NCBI GenBank assembly: GCA_963749915.1
Contig: CAVVOP010000017.1
Coordinates: 60,538 to 124,537 of the forward strand
Source: an uncultured cyanobacterium
GTDB taxonomy: Bacteria > Cyanobacteriota > Cyanobacteriia > Cyanobacteriales > Cyanobacteriaceae
DNA length: 64,000 nucleotides
Reading direction: 5' to 3'
Position numbers and translations under genes: made by a program. Shown one piece after another: positions 10,059-21,635 of this stretch (position 1 is its first letter; every line of letters begins with the position of its first letter). Below the pieces are notes generated by a model. That model saw nothing but the letters and a program-made list of their open reading frames with translations, searched no databases and was not told the DNA's origin.

Positions 10059-10258
10059 AAACAATTCCCCACTTAAAATGCGGTGGTTCTCCTTCCTACT
10101 TAATAATTAAGATAACACTTTCAGAGCAATAAAAATGCCTAACCGAGCAGTATTGCCCATCTCCCCGCAAGATAATTTCCACATCTGATCATGCTTTTTT
10201 TAACCGCCAAAATAACCATCTTAATAAGCCAATTATCCCCTTTCCTCAATCATCATCC

Positions 10259-10864
10259 CTATGGGATCATCTTTTTTATGGAGTTCTCTAACTTAAAATC
10301 TACCCTTTCATACAAACCTGGAAACGAAATTTCAAAATCAACTGAAGCTAATTTTAAAACAGCTTTTTCTCCCTCATAATCATTGAAAAGCCATTTTTCA
10401 TCTTCTTGCTTAAAATATTGAGCAATATAAAATCGATATTGATCTATTAAAATATATTCCTGAAATTCAGGTATAGAACGATAATATCTAAATTTATCTG
10501 TCCAATCATAGTCCCGTGTTGATTTAGAAAGAACTTCTACAATGATTGAGGGATTGGTTACGTTTACCGTACCTTTTCCCTCATAGATTGGTTTTCCTTT
10601 CATTACCATCACGTCAGGATAGGTGTAGAAGCGATATTCCGCTATCCACAAGCGAACATCATTGATATAGATATAATAATCTTGATTCTCAATTGTCAGA
10701 GGAAATTGGCGACAGAAATTGAGCGCGATTTGATTGTGATTTGTCGTTCCCCCTGTCATAGTAATAATTTTTCCATCTCGATATTCATGTCTGTCCACCG
10801 CTTTCTCTTCTAATGCCAAGTATTCTTCGGGCGTGTAGTATTTTTTGTCGGTTTGAATAACCAT
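10259..10864 (-). CDS. Uma2 family endonuclease (PD-(D/E)XK)
   Basis: YTPEEYLALE..., YTYPDVMV, IIVEVLSKST and YRSIPEFQEYILIDQ motifs. Confidence 0.92.
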   Translation of the reverse strand: MVIQTDKKYYTPEEYLALEEKAVDRHEYRDGKIITMTGGTTNHNQIALNFCRQFPLTIENQDYYIYINDVRLWIAEYRFYTYPDVMVMKGKPIYEGKGTVNVTNPSIIVEVLSKSTRDYDWTDKFRYYRSIPEFQEYILIDQYRFYIAQYFKQEDEKWLFNDYEGEKAVLKLASVDFEISFPGLYERVDFKLENSIKKMIP

Positions 10865-10980
10865 GTTAATTCTCCTGATGTGCTTTTAATGCCTAATTAA
10901 TATTGATCACTGCATCCTAGTAGCCTATCTAAATCTAAGGATATCAGTTTATCTCGAATTGGGTAAGAATCACAGTCTTT

Positions 10981-12261
10981 CTACAAGTCTCGGTGAGTAA
11001 AATCTTTGGGATTGTCGCCCGTATAGGTTGCCGCAATTTGTCCGTTACCAATTAGTTTATATTTGTAAGTTACTAAACCTTCTAAGCCGACAGGTCCTCT
11101 GGGGGGCATCTTTTGAGTGCTTATACCTACTTCAGCCCCAAAACCATAACGAAAACCGTCAGCGAAACGGGTAGAACAATTATGATATACTCCCGCTGAA
11201 TCTACTTGACTCATAAAGATTTCGGCATTCCCTTGATTATTAGTGACGATCCCATCAGTATGTTTTGAGCCATAATAGTTAATATGAGCGATGGCACTGT
11301 TTAAATCATCCACAATTTTAATAGCTAAAATCAAATCTCCGTATTCTGTGTGCCAATCTTCCTCCGTTGCACTTTGACAGTTAATAATTTTTTTGGTGGC
11401 TTCATCCCCTCTTAATTCAACTCCTTTTTCTGCCAAAGCTTCAGCTATAGACGGTAAAAATTTTGATGCGATCTCATGATGTATTAAAAGAGTCTCGATA
11501 GCATTACAAGCCGCTGGATAATGGGTTTTAGCATCAACAGTGATATTAACTGCTTGGGACAAATCAGCATCTGAGTCAATGAATAAATGACAGATTCCAT
11601 CGGCATGACCTAAAACGGGAATTTTGGTATTTTCTTGCACATAACGAACAAATTCATTCCCTCCACGGGGTATAATTAAATCCACATATTCATCTAACGC
11701 CAACAATCCCTCAATTTCTTCTCTAGTGGTTAACAACTGTATAGCGTTGGGGTTAACTTCAGTTTCTTTGAGGGTTTCTCTAATAATCTTTACTAAAGTT
11801 TGACAGGTTTGTAAGGCTTCCTTTCCTCCCTTAAGCATAACGCCATTACCAGATTTTATGGCTAAACTGGTAATCTGAATTAAGGCATCGGGGCGTGCTT
11901 CAAAAATTACTCCTAAGACACCCAATGGACAACTAACTCGATGTAATATTAAGCCTTCATCTAACTCTCTTTTTAAGGATACCATGCCGATGGGATCAGG
12001 CAATGTTGCTACATCCCGAACACCTGCGATGGCACTTTTTAACTTTGATTCTCCTAATTTTAAACGGGCATATAACGAGGGAGAAATTACCCCTTCAGAG
12101 GCAGCACAATCAGCTTGGTTGGCTGTAATAATTTCATTTTGATGTTTTTCAAGGGCAGATGCCATCGCTTCTAATGCCTCATTTCTGGCAATTTCAGATA
12201 ATATGGATAATTCACGGGTGGCAAGTTGAGTTTCTTTGGCAATGATCCGTAAATTGGGCAT
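10981..12261 (-). CDS. proA: Gamma-glutamyl phosphate reductase
   Basis: [23 protein letters not shown] and [19 protein letters not shown] signature. Confidence 0.96.
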   Translation of the reverse strand: MPNLRIIAKETQLATRELSILSEIARNEALEAMASALEKHQNEIITANQADCAASEGVISPSLYARLKLGESKLKSAIAGVRDVATLPDPIGMVSLKRELDEGLILHRVSCPLGVLGVIFEARPDALIQITSLAIKSGNGVMLKGGKEALQTCQTLVKIIRETLKETEVNPNAIQLLTTREEIEGLLALDEYVDLIIPRGGNEFVRYVQENTKIPVLGHADGICHLFIDSDADLSQAVNITVDAKTHYPAACNAIETLLIHHEIASKFLPSIAEALAEKGVELRGDEATKKIINCQSATEEDWHTEYGDLILAIKIVDDLNSAIAHINYYGSKHTDGIVTNNQGNAEIFMSQVDSAGVYHNCSTRFADGFRYGFGAEVGISTQKMPPRGPVGLEGLVTYKYKLIGNGQIAATYTGDNPKDFTHRDL

Positions 12262-12269
12262 ATATATAG

Positions 12270-12303
12270 TAATTAGTAATTAATAGTGAATAATTAGTAA
12301 TTA
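12270..12303. repeat. Short tandem heptamer repeats (STRR-like, AATTAGT)
   Basis: taattag-taattaa-tagtgaa-taattag-taattat upstream of proA. Similar heptamer runs occur at about 8290-8316, 12395-12415, 26150-26180, 42525-42545 and 45120-45148. Confidence 0.6.
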
Positions 12304-12439
12304 TGCCCTTAAATGAGTTTGTTTCATATGTTAAATTGAAGAGTAATTTGAAGACTGCGAGGGATTTGCCCGAAAACGATTTGACGAGGGTAATTTAGAA
12401 TGAAGAATGAAGAATTTAAATTATCATTAATTATCTGAA

Positions 12440-15400
12440 TTATTCACTGACTAAATAATTAAACCAACTGTTGAGACTATCTAATTGTTGACCAGCTTTA
12501 ATTGTACCTAAACCCCTCACAATTACCTTATTTTTGCCATAGACAAAGCGACTGCGCAAATGAGAAGGCAATTTTTCCGCTAATAGTAACCAAGCTGGTT
12601 CTTGCATCGGTGTTTCAAGAATAACGTTTTGCCTCCCTTCTGGTTTGATACGGGAAAAGCCGATAGATTTCGCCTTCTGTTTTAACTCCGCTACCTGTAA
12701 CAATTGTTGGGCAGGTTCAGGGATTTCGCCATATCTGTCTTGCCAATCCGCCTCTATTTGTTTAATTTCTCGTTGACTAGACACCGTTGCGATCGCACGG
12801 TAAGCATCCATTTTTTGTTCTAAATCAGGAATATAACGATTAGGAATTAATGCGGTGAGGGTTAAATCGATTTGTGTATCTTCCACCATGGGAATTTCCT
12901 GCCCTTGAATTTCGTTGATGGCTTCTTTTAACATCTCCGTGTACATATCAAAACCGATAGCTGCCATTTGTCCAGATTGCTCAGCACCAAGCAGACTGCC
13001 GACTCCACGAATTTCCATATCTCGCACGGCTAAATGATACCCTGAACCCAGTTGCGAAAACTCCTGTAAAGCACGTAACCGTTTTCGAGCGATATCCGAT
13101 AAAGTCTTGTTGTCAGGGTATAATAACCAGGCATAGGCTTGTATTTCCGATCGTCCCACTCTCCCCCTAAGCTGATAAAGTTGGGCTAATCCGAATTTTT
13201 GGGCATCTTCGATAATTATTGTATTAACCCTCGGAATATCTAATCCAGACTCAATAATAGTCGTAGATACTAGCAAATCCGCATCACCGTTATTAAACCC
13301 TAACATCGTTGCCTCCAATTCTCCCTCTTGCATTTGACCATGGGCGATGGCTATCCTTAAACTAGGAATCATAGACTGAAGCATCGTCACGATTTTGTCC
13401 ATGCCTTCGATACGGGGTAAAACATAGAAAATTTGTCCTCCTCGATCCAGTTCATTGCGAATTGCCGTGCGAATCACCTCCTCATTGAAGGGCAAAATAT
13501 GGGTTTTGATGGGACGGCGACTAGGAGGAGGAGTGGTAATTAAACTCATTTCCCGTACCCCAGAAATGGACATATAAAGAGTACGAGGAATGGGCGTTGC
13601 GCTAAGAGTTAACACATCAATAGAGCGTTTCATCGCCTTAATTTTCTCTTTTTGGTTAACCCCAAATCTTTGCTCTTCATCAACTACTAATAAACCTAAA
13701 TCTTTATACTTAATTTTATTGCTTAAAACTAGCTGAGTACCAACAACAATATCTAATTCTCCTGTGGCTAATTTTTGAATAATTTCCTTTTTTTCGGACT
13801 CCGTACGGAAGCGATTTAATAAGCCAATGTTGATCGGGTAAGGGGAAAATCTTTCTACCAAAGTATGATAATGTTGTTGAGACAAAATCGTAGTGGGAGC
13901 GATAAAAACTACCTGTTTATTACCCGCAGTCACGATCTTAAAAATAGTTCTAATGGCCACTTCAGTTTTGCCAAAGCCCACGTCACCACATACTAATCTA
14001 TCCATCGGTCGATCGCTTTCTAAATCCCTTTTTACATCCTGAATTGCCTTCAATTGATCAGGAGTTGGTTGATAAGGAAAAGAGTCTTCTAACTCTAATT
14101 GCCAAGGGGTATCTTCGGGACAAGAATTACCTTTTAACTCCGATCTAGTAGCATACAATTTAACTAAATCTACTGCTAATTTTTTGACAGATTTCCTAAC
14201 TTTATTTTTGACATTTTTCCACTCTTTCCCAGACATATTATTCAATGGGGGAAGGTCTTCTCCTGTGAGCCTATAGCGGGATACTAATTCTAAACTATCC
14301 GCAGGAACTCTTAATACACCATCATTATATTTAATGACTAAATATTCTCTATTTTCACAAATTTCTAACTCTAAAAACTGTCCAATTCCATGATATTTAT
14401 GGACAATAAAATCTTTAGGTCTAAGTTTGTTTAAATCAACCTGTTTTGAGGCAGCTTGACGGCGTTTTCTAATATAGGTTGGACTGGCCAAATTATGTTG
14501 TCCAAAAAACTCTCGATCGGTAACAACAGCGATGCGAAAAGTTGGTAGAATAAAACCTTCTAATTCTGCTTGTCCGGAATATTTTAAAGCAGTAGAAGTA
14601 TTTTGACGATGCAGTTTTTCTATTATCCCAAAATCAAGGGGATTGGGAATGAATTGGACAGGGCAATCGTGCTCTTGTAATAGGGCGACCGATCTACTGG
14701 GTTGGGCAGAAATTAACCATCTATTATACTTACTCAAATCAATAGAATTATAGATTTCTTTTTTGCCTCTTAAAATTTCTGCTAATTTAGCGAATTGATG
14801 AGGAGAAACAGGCAAAGGACGAGAGGACAAGTTAATAGTTGGGGTCTCATTATTATGAATTTCTAAGGCAATTTCTGATAGATGAATTTGGGGATATGTT
14901 ATTAACTCTAAAGATGTCTGAAAATCTCGATGAATTTTTGTCATCGCCAAATCTCCCATACTGGAGACTTTGACTGATTCATTTCCCAAACTTAAGGACA
15001 AGGGGGCATCTTCTTTCCTCCCTTTAAAAGGGGGATTGTTTGCTAATTCGTTCATTAATTGCCATTTTTCGTCAGCTTGTTCCACCCAAATATGGCTATG
15101 GGCTTGACATTGTTCCCACTCATCGATGGCAACTATGGTATTGTCGGGAAAATAGTCTAAAATCGATGCGGGTTGATTATTTTCACCGTTAAATGCCAAC
15201 CCCAAAAAACGAGTCATACCTTCGGGATAAATGCCATTTTGTAAATTTTCTTGCTCTGAAGTAGAAATATATGGTTTAATAACTTCCATGGTGGGTAGAT
15301 TGTGACTAATTATGCTCTGCCATGTAGTGGGAGTCAGACTTAAGTCATCAATGTGATCCAAACTTCGTTGGGATACAGGCTCGAATTCTCGAATCGACTC

Positions 15401-16033
15401 CAATTCGTCCCCGAAAAACTCTAATCTGACAGGTAATTCCGCCGAAACGGGAAAAATATCGACTAAATTCCCCCTTTTTCCCCATTGTCCTTCAATTTCT
15501 ACCAGATTAACTCGCTCATACCCCATCCTCGCTAAAGTTAAATCAATGTGCTTACTATCAAAATTCATGCCCTTGTTCAAATTTAAGCAATAGTCAGCAA
15601 ACACCGAGGACGGAGGTAAATGAGGTTGAAGGGCCTTTTCGGTGGTGACAACGGCAACAGGAGTTGTTGGGGAATTACATCTAATACTCGTATCATCCTG
15701 ACCGAGAAGACTTAAAAGGGTCTGCATTTGCCCCCAAATCATCTCAGATTCACAATTAAAATGCTCATAGGGTGTTGCTTCAGAGGTGGGATAGAAAAAA
15801 ACTTGTTTCCAGCCCATAACCTCAATATTTGCCACCCAACGGGCAGCTTCTTCTAGGGTAGCGCACACTACAAGTAAGTTTTTCTTCTCTCCTTGGGCTA
15901 TAGCAGAGATAACTAAACCTTTAGGTAATCGAGCAACACCTTGTAAGTTAAGGATTTTGAAGGTGTTGAGTTTCTGGGTTAATTCTGTGGTTAAAGGTGA
16001 ATTTGCGATGTTACGGAGGACGGAGTCGAACAT
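12440..16033 (-). CDS. mfd: Transcription-repair coupling factor
   Basis: UvrB-like N-terminus, CarD/RID domain ([10 protein letters not shown]), [24 protein letters not shown] and TRCF C-terminal domain. Start placed at MFDSV. Confidence 0.97.
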   Translation of the reverse strand: MFDSVLRNIANSPLTTELTQKLNTFKILNLQGVARLPKGLVISAIAQGEKKNLLVVCATLEEAARWVANIEVMGWKQVFFYPTSEATPYEHFNCESEMIWGQMQTLLSLLGQDDTSIRCNSPTTPVAVVTTEKALQPHLPPSSVFADYCLNLNKGMNFDSKHIDLTLARMGYERVNLVEIEGQWGKRGNLVDIFPVSAELPVRLEFFGDELESIREFEPVSQRSLDHIDDLSLTPTTWQSIISHNLPTMEVIKPYISTSEQENLQNGIYPEGMTRFLGLAFNGENNQPASILDYFPDNTIVAIDEWEQCQAHSHIWVEQADEKWQLMNELANNPPFKGRKEDAPLSLSLGNESVKVSSMGDLAMTKIHRDFQTSLELITYPQIHLSEIALEIHNNETPTINLSSRPLPVSPHQFAKLAEILRGKKEIYNSIDLSKYNRWLISAQPSRSVALLQEHDCPVQFIPNPLDFGIIEKLHRQNTSTALKYSGQAELEGFILPTFRIAVVTDREFFGQHNLASPTYIRKRRQAASKQVDLNKLRPKDFIVHKYHGIGQFLELEICENREYLVIKYNDGVLRVPADSLELVSRYRLTGEDLPPLNNMSGKEWKNVKNKVRKSVKKLAVDLVKLYATRSELKGNSCPEDTPWQLELEDSFPYQPTPDQLKAIQDVKRDLESDRPMDRLVCGDVGFGKTEVAIRTIFKIVTAGNKQVVFIAPTTILSQQHYHTLVERFSPYPINIGLLNRFRTESEKKEIIQKLATGELDIVVGTQLVLSNKIKYKDLGLLVVDEEQRFGVNQKEKIKAMKRSIDVLTLSATPIPRTLYMSISGVREMSLITTPPPSRRPIKTHILPFNEEVIRTAIRNELDRGGQIFYVLPRIEGMDKIVTMLQSMIPSLRIAIAHGQMQEGELEATMLGFNNGDADLLVSTTIIESGLDIPRVNTIIIEDAQKFGLAQLYQLRGRVGRSEIQAYAWLLYPDNKTLSDIARKRLRALQEFSQLGSGYHLAVRDMEIRGVGSLLGAEQSGQMAAIGFDMYTEMLKEAINEIQGQEIPMVEDTQIDLTLTALIPNRYIPDLEQKMDAYRAIATVSSQREIKQIEADWQDRYGEIPEPAQQLLQVAELKQKAKSIGFSRIKPEGRQNVILETPMQEPAWLLLAEKLPSHLRSRFVYGKNKVIVRGLGTIKAGQQLDSLNSWFNYLVSE

Positions 16034-16107
16034 TGACGATTGTAGTTTCTGAATTTCCCTACTCATAATTAACTATTAATTATAGTCCCACAACTCACTT
16101 AAAATTG

Positions 16108-19100
16108 CTATATTGCTTCAACAAATTGCCAATAATCATCATACAATTGGCGATAGTCATAATTTTTAGCTAAATTTTTGGCATTTTTTGAAATATAGCC
16201 TAATTCCTGATTGTTGATTAATAATTGTGAGATAATATCTGTGTATTTAGTTAAGTTATCTTCAATTATTGCCTGAATTTGATGATCAACCTTATAACCA
16301 CGAAAAGCAATATTTGTACCTAAAATAACTTTACCAAAACTCATGGCTTCCATTATTTTTAGAGATGAACCGGTACCAGACAACATCGGTGCTAAAATTA
16401 ATTTAGCTTGTTGATAAACTATGATTAATAATTCTACATCCACTTTTCCCAGGGAGACAAAGTTATCATTATTTTCTGCTTGGCAACAACTACCAATCAA
16501 AATAAATTTACAAGGAGGTTGATATTTTTTTTCTCGATAATTAGAGGCTATTTGTCTAATTTCTTTCACCGCTTGAAGATTCGGAAAATGTGCACTTCCC
16601 ACGAATAAACAATAATTTTCTGTTAGCCAAGGATAGATATTAAGCCATTTTTTGTGATTATTAATAGCTTTTTCGCTGACAGATAAATCCAGGTTAACAG
16701 GATTAGGGATAACTTTACTATTTATATCCCATTTATGTAAAAATTCCTGATCTTCTTTAGATACACATACTACTTGATTCCCTGTTTTTAAACTGGAGAT
16801 TTCTTCTGCTAATAAAATTTTATAAATAGGGGCGTTTACTGATACCTGTTGACATAAAATATCATGGGCGGTAATAATTAATTGAACTTTTTTTTCCTGA
16901 CAAATTTTACTGATAGTTTTCCCCCAAAAGGGATATTCTAACATAACTATATCTGCCCAATTTGTTATTTTTTCTAGCCATTTTTTAAAGTTATCATCAA
17001 AGCGAAATTGATTGTACATACTTAAGCGCCAATCTTCTTTAATTTGTTCGATATTTTCCTCTTGTTTTTGACTATTTTTCTTATTATCACCATCAACCTC
17101 TTTTAATTGATTGGTATTAATTAAGGAATCATAACTACTAGTATAAACTTGGTTAACTAATTCTGAATAGTCAAAATTTTGGGCATAAAAACTATAACGT
17201 ACATTATCTAAAATTAACTCTTTTTCTCCACCAATAGTAAATAACCATATAGAATTACCTTTTTTTTCTAGGTAATCAATCAATAACCCTACCCGTTGAC
17301 TTGCCCCCGCTTTTCTTTCTAAAATGTCCCCCCAAGGATACAATATCGCAATTTTTTTCCCTCCTTCACTAAGGTTATTTTTTACTCGGCGATCCCCTAG
17401 GGTCACTTTTAAAACATCATTAATTATCTGTTGATATTCTGATTTATGATTACCCCAAATCAAATCTATAACTTTACTATTTTTTATCCACTTATTTTCA
17501 AATACTAAGTTATTAAAACTTGGTAAATTGTAAGCAAATAAATGAGGATGATAATTGATAATTTTTTGAGCATGATGTTGATGATTGGCTATAATAACTT
17601 TTACCTGACTGAATAAATTAAATTCTTGTTTTAATTCTTGCTGATCAGTTTCTTGATTATTAATAATGGCATATTGATAAGATTGTAAATAAGATACTTG
17701 ACAGATAACAGGAATATTATTCAAACCCATTTTATTTACTAAAATCTGATTAGTAATAGAGTCAATAAAAACACTATCTAAATTTTCCTTTTGTAGATAA
17801 TTAATTAAACTATCAGGAATCAATAGACTATTAGCATCAATTAAGTTTCTGGTAAAAGTTATTTCATTATGAAAAACATTACCAAAATATTTTTGCTGAT
17901 TTAAACCTTTAATAAATTCAGGGAACTTCCCTAATCTTAAAAACCAAATATTTTCAAAATTACAGTAATTTAAGATGGAAGAAACTTGTTGTTCAAAATT
18001 GTTATGACTATCTCCATTTAATTCTGAATTAAGAGAATAAATAATTAGATAAATTTTATAACCTAAATCTGATAAATATTGTAAATGACTGATAATAACT
18101 TGTCCATGAATATCTAAATTCAGTAAATTATTACCTCTAATAATAGCTAAAATTTTGGGATTATTTACTAAAGGCTGTATTTTTTGTTCACCTTCTGAAT
18201 TATTCAACAAATTATCAGTAAAATCGACTTTTGATAAAAGACAATCTATTAAACTATCAGGAGAATGTTTTTTACACCAATTAATACTAAATTTCTGAGC
18301 ATTTTTTTTGTACTCATTAATATTGTCAATTACATGGATAATCGTTTGGCTAATTTCTTGGGGATGTTGATAAATTCCCCCTCTACTTTTATCGACTTGA
18401 CTGGCCAACCAACTATTGGCAGGCACAATTACAGGTTTTCCGGCAGCTAAAGATTCCGTTAAAACCCCCGAAGTTCGATAACGATAACTATTAACATCAT
18501 AGGGAATAACTAACAAATCTGCACTCATTAATAAGTTATAGTATTCCTCTGTTGTTATGGGATTTTTGATAATTTTAACTATATCTTGGGGATATTCTTC
18601 AAGTTTTAATCGACTGGCTAAAATCCCTCTTTCCCCAGCATTAATATTAAAGTTAGATTGAATTGTTATCCTAATTTTTTTTGTGATTAAATAATCTTTC
18701 CATAAGTCAGCTACTATTTGTGGTAAATATAAATAACCTTTTTCAATTCTAGCATCACCTAAATAAACTAAATGTAAAGATTGATTCTCTGTTTTTAAGG
18801 TTATAGTTTGTTGTAAATTTTCTTGTCTAAATGGTACAGGTATTTCTATTAGTTTAACAGGGGAAAGATTATTATAACGCTCAACTAATTGTTGTGTATC
18901 CGTATAAAATCTTACTTTTTGCGGAAATAATTTACATTGATAAAATTGAGTTAAACAAGCACTAATACCTATTCCTTGAGCATTCTTAACTAAACAATCG
19001 TCAATATCTCGTCTTAACATTATATGATATTGTGGTAAATTATTTAATTCTTTTTTTTGTAAAAAATATAATATTTTTTCCAATTGTTCTATGCTTAAAG

Positions 19101-19725
19101 TATGAATAAAAATATGATCATCACTAGTAATTTGTAAGGAATTAATGGTTTGATTAAAAGATTCAATAAAGCTATCATTAAAGATGATTAATAATCTTTT
19201 AATAATTTTATGGATGACTTTTTTAATAATTTTAATATTAAATCTAATTATACCCCAAATTATTTTTGATATTCCCCAAAGAGTATTAGTAAAAGGAATA
19301 TACTTAATTAAATTGATGTCCTCTTTAATCCATTGAGTTAATCTGAATAAACTACCTTCTACTTTTCCTAAAAATCCTCTTGTTTTGGGTTGAGTTAATT
19401 TTAGTTTAAAAATTTGATAATTAACCTTTTCTTGATAATGTTTAATCCGGTCAGCTAAACTGGAATCGTCTTGATTATTAATAAAGTTTTTAAGTTTTTT
19501 TTGTATAAAACTTAATTTTTGAGTAGAGTTATTAAACCAATCTACTTTAAAGATAGAAATTACTTTAATATTATTAGGATATAAAGAAGAAGAAAAATTT
19601 TTATTAGCGATAATAAATACTTTATAACCACGCCTTTGAGCCGCCTCCGCTACCGATAAACTGCACTCGTAATGGTGGCCTTGTAAATCCTGTAGAGAAT
19701 GATCAATAATAATAAATCTTTTCAC
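16108..19725 (-). CDS. Large multidomain GT-B (family 4-like) glycosyltransferase
   Basis: Two GT4 donor-binding C-lobes (YLGDARIEKG...SGVLTESLAAGKPV and FVGSAHFPN...GSSLKIMEAMSFGKVI). GTG start at VKRF assumed. Very AT-rich. Confidence 0.85.
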   Translation of the reverse strand: MKRFIIIDHSLQDLQGHHYECSLSVAEAAQRRGYKVFIIANKNFSSSLYPNNIKVISIFKVDWFNNSTQKLSFIQKKLKNFINNQDDSSLADRIKHYQEKVNYQIFKLKLTQPKTRGFLGKVEGSLFRLTQWIKEDINLIKYIPFTNTLWGISKIIWGIIRFNIKIIKKVIHKIIKRLLIIFNDSFIESFNQTINSLQITSDDHIFIHTLSIEQLEKILYFLQKKELNNLPQYHIMLRRDIDDCLVKNAQGIGISACLTQFYQCKLFPQKVRFYTDTQQLVERYNNLSPVKLIEIPVPFRQENLQQTITLKTENQSLHLVYLGDARIEKGYLYLPQIVADLWKDYLITKKIRITIQSNFNINAGERGILASRLKLEEYPQDIVKIIKNPITTEEYYNLLMSADLLVIPYDVNSYRYRTSGVLTESLAAGKPVIVPANSWLASQVDKSRGGIYQHPQEISQTIIHVIDNINEYKKNAQKFSINWCKKHSPDSLIDCLLSKVDFTDNLLNNSEGEQKIQPLVNNPKILAIIRGNNLLNLDIHGQVIISHLQYLSDLGYKIYLIIYSLNSELNGDSHNNFEQQVSSILNYCNFENIWFLRLGKFPEFIKGLNQQKYFGNVFHNEITFTRNLIDANSLLIPDSLINYLQKENLDSVFIDSITNQILVNKMGLNNIPVICQVSYLQSYQYAIINNQETDQQELKQEFNLFSQVKVIIANHQHHAQKIINYHPHLFAYNLPSFNNLVFENKWIKNSKVIDLIWGNHKSEYQQIINDVLKVTLGDRRVKNNLSEGGKKIAILYPWGDILERKAGASQRVGLLIDYLEKKGNSIWLFTIGGEKELILDNVRYSFYAQNFDYSELVNQVYTSSYDSLINTNQLKEVDGDNKKNSQKQEENIEQIKEDWRLSMYNQFRFDDNFKKWLEKITNWADIVMLEYPFWGKTISKICQEKKVQLIITAHDILCQQVSVNAPIYKILLAEEISSLKTGNQVVCVSKEDQEFLHKWDINSKVIPNPVNLDLSVSEKAINNHKKWLNIYPWLTENYCLFVGSAHFPNLQAVKEIRQIASNYREKKYQPPCKFILIGSCCQAENNDNFVSLGKVDVELLIIVYQQAKLILAPMLSGTGSSLKIMEAMSFGKVILGTNIAFRGYKVDHQIQAIIEDNLTKYTDIISQLLINNQELGYISKNAKNLAKNYDYRQLYDDYWQFVEAI

Positions 19726-19826
19726 TTTATTTTTAACAAACAAAATTAATAATTGATGGATAATATTATCTAGCAAATAGGTCCTTTATCAGCTAAATTA
19801 GAGAATAAATTAACGAAAGGATTATC

Positions 19827-20306
19827 ATGATTAGAATTGGCAATGGTTACGATTTACACCGATTAGTTGAGGGTAGAAAACTTATTTTAGGTGGTATAAA
19901 AATAGATCATCATCTCGGATTATTAGGTCATAGTGATGCTGATGTTTTAACTCATGCTATCATGGATGCTTTATTAGGTGCTTTAAGTTTAGGGGATATT
20001 GGTCATTATTTTCCTCCCACTGATCCCCAATGGGCAGGGTCTGATAGCATGGATTTGTTGGCTCAAGTACATCAATTAATCCTCGATCGAGAGTGGATTA
20101 TTGGTAATATTGATAGTGTGATAGTGGCAGAACGCCCTAAATTAAAACCTCATTTACCTGCCATGATTAATTCTTTAGCCCAAAAATTGGCGATCGCACC
20201 TGATAAAATAAGTATAAAAGCGACAACCAATGAAAAATTGGGTCCTGTAGGTAGAGAAGAAGGGATTTGTGCCTATGCAGTAGTGTTATTATGTCAAGAT
20301 AATTAA
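19827..20306 (+). CDS. ispF: 2-C-methyl-D-erythritol 2,4-cyclodiphosphate synthase
   Basis: [20 protein letters not shown] and KATTNEKLG motifs. Confidence 0.97.
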   Translation: MIRIGNGYDLHRLVEGRKLILGGIKIDHHLGLLGHSDADVLTHAIMDALLGALSLGDIGHYFPPTDPQWAGSDSMDLLAQVHQLILDREWIIGNIDSVIVAERPKLKPHLPAMINSLAQKLAIAPDKISIKATTNEKLGPVGREEGICAYAVVLLCQDN

Positions 20307-20426
20307 ACAATTCTTAATAATTTTTTCTTTAGAAAGGTGTTCAAAGTTTCATACCGTAATGTTATCGGTTTTCGTTATCATAGTCATAGTCACATAAAAG
20401 CTGAAATTTAATAAATATTTGAGATT

Positions 20427-20663
20427 ATGTCTTTAGCATTAACCAACGAAAACGTAGAACAAGTTTTAGACGAATTACGTCCTTACCTCATGGCTGATGG
20501 TGGTAACGTCGAATTGGTAGAAATCGATGGGCCGACGGTAAAATTAAGATTACAAGGTGCTTGTGGTTCTTGCCCCAGTTCTACTATGACTCTTAGAATG
20601 GGTATTGAACGCCGTTTAAGGGAATATATCCCAGAAATTGCTGAAGTGGAACAAGTTATTTAG
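20427..20663 (+). CDS. nfuA: NifU/NfuA-type Fe-S cluster scaffold protein
   Basis: [14 protein letters not shown]...[11 protein letters not shown] (CxxC). Confidence 0.92.
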   Translation: MSLALTNENVEQVLDELRPYLMADGGNVELVEIDGPTVKLRLQGACGSCPSSTMTLRMGIERRLREYIPEIAEVEQVI

Positions 20664-20692
20664 TTTCAATCATCATTAAAACATTAAATATT

Positions 20693-20734
20693 AAGAGGGT
20701 TATCTATTATGACAATAATTAGGATCGCCCTCTT
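20693..20734 (+). terminator. Stem-loop after nfu (possible terminator or RNA stability element)
   Basis: Inverted repeat AAGAGGG...CCCTCTT followed by CTTT. Confidence 0.45.
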
Positions 20735-20743
20735 CTTTAAATT

Positions 20744-21547
20744 ATGATCGAAGCGTTACAATTTGAGTTCATGCAGAATGCCATTCTAGCGGGTATTTTA
20801 GTTAGTATCGCCTGTGGTATTATTGGGACTTTTGTAGTCGTTAACCGTATTGTTTTTATTAGCGGGGGCATCGCCCATGCGGCTTATGGTGGCATTGGTT
20901 TAGGCTACTTCTTCCGTTTTAATCCCATTTTAGGTGCCATCGCCTTTGCTGTATTCTCAGGAATAGCCATGGGATTGGTGGAAAGAAATACTAAAGAAAG
21001 AGCAGATACGATCATCGGCACAATGTGGGCTATAGGTATGGGAATCGGTATTATTCTCATCGATTTAACCAAGGGATATAAAGCCAATTTGATGAGTTAT
21101 CTTTTCGGCAGTATTTTAGCTGTCCCCAAAAGTGACTTATTAATCATGACAATTTTAGATGTGATTATTGTGGCGATGGTGTGTTTATTTTATAAAGAAT
21201 TATTAGCTATTTCTTTTGATCCCATTTTTGCTACGACTCGTAACATTCCCGTCAATGCACTGTATTTGATGTTAATTAGTGCGATCGCTTTAACCATAGT
21301 CATGGTGATGCAAGTAGTCGGGTTAATCATGGTGATTGCTTTATTAACTATCCCTGCCGCCGTAGCCAATCAATTTGTGCAAGAAATCAAACAAATGATG
21401 ATATTAAGTAGTATTTTGGGAGTATTATTTATTTTAATTGGTTTATGGCTTTCCTATGCCTTTAATCTCACCTCTGGGGCAACAATTATTATTGTATCAG
21501 GATGTGCTTATTTCTTCAGTTTAGGAGTTAAAACTATCATCAGTTAA
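20744..21547 (+). CDS. Zn/Mn ABC transporter permease (ZnuB/MntB family)
   Basis: ABC-3 family motifs GGIAHAAYGGI, SYLFGSIL and ALLTIPAA. Confidence 0.9.
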   Translation: MIEALQFEFMQNAILAGILVSIACGIIGTFVVVNRIVFISGGIAHAAYGGIGLGYFFRFNPILGAIAFAVFSGIAMGLVERNTKERADTIIGTMWAIGMGIGIILIDLTKGYKANLMSYLFGSILAVPKSDLLIMTILDVIIVAMVCLFYKELLAISFDPIFATTRNIPVNALYLMLISAIALTIVMVMQVVGLIMVIALLTIPAAVANQFVQEIKQMMILSSILGVLFILIGLWLSYAFNLTSGATIIIVSGCAYFFSLGVKTIIS

Positions 21548-21600
21548 CCATATTATTACTATACTCCAGTTGAATAAGGAAGTCATAGGTGATGTACACC

Positions 21601-21625
21601 GCGAAGCGGATCCCTGGGGGATCGC
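21601..21625. repeat. HIP1-associated short dispersed hairpin repeat
   Basis: GCG-AAGCG-GATCCCTGGGGG-ATCGC between two convergent genes. Same architecture as the copies at 52440 and 56395. Confidence 0.55.
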
Positions 21626-21635
21626 TATTTTGAAC

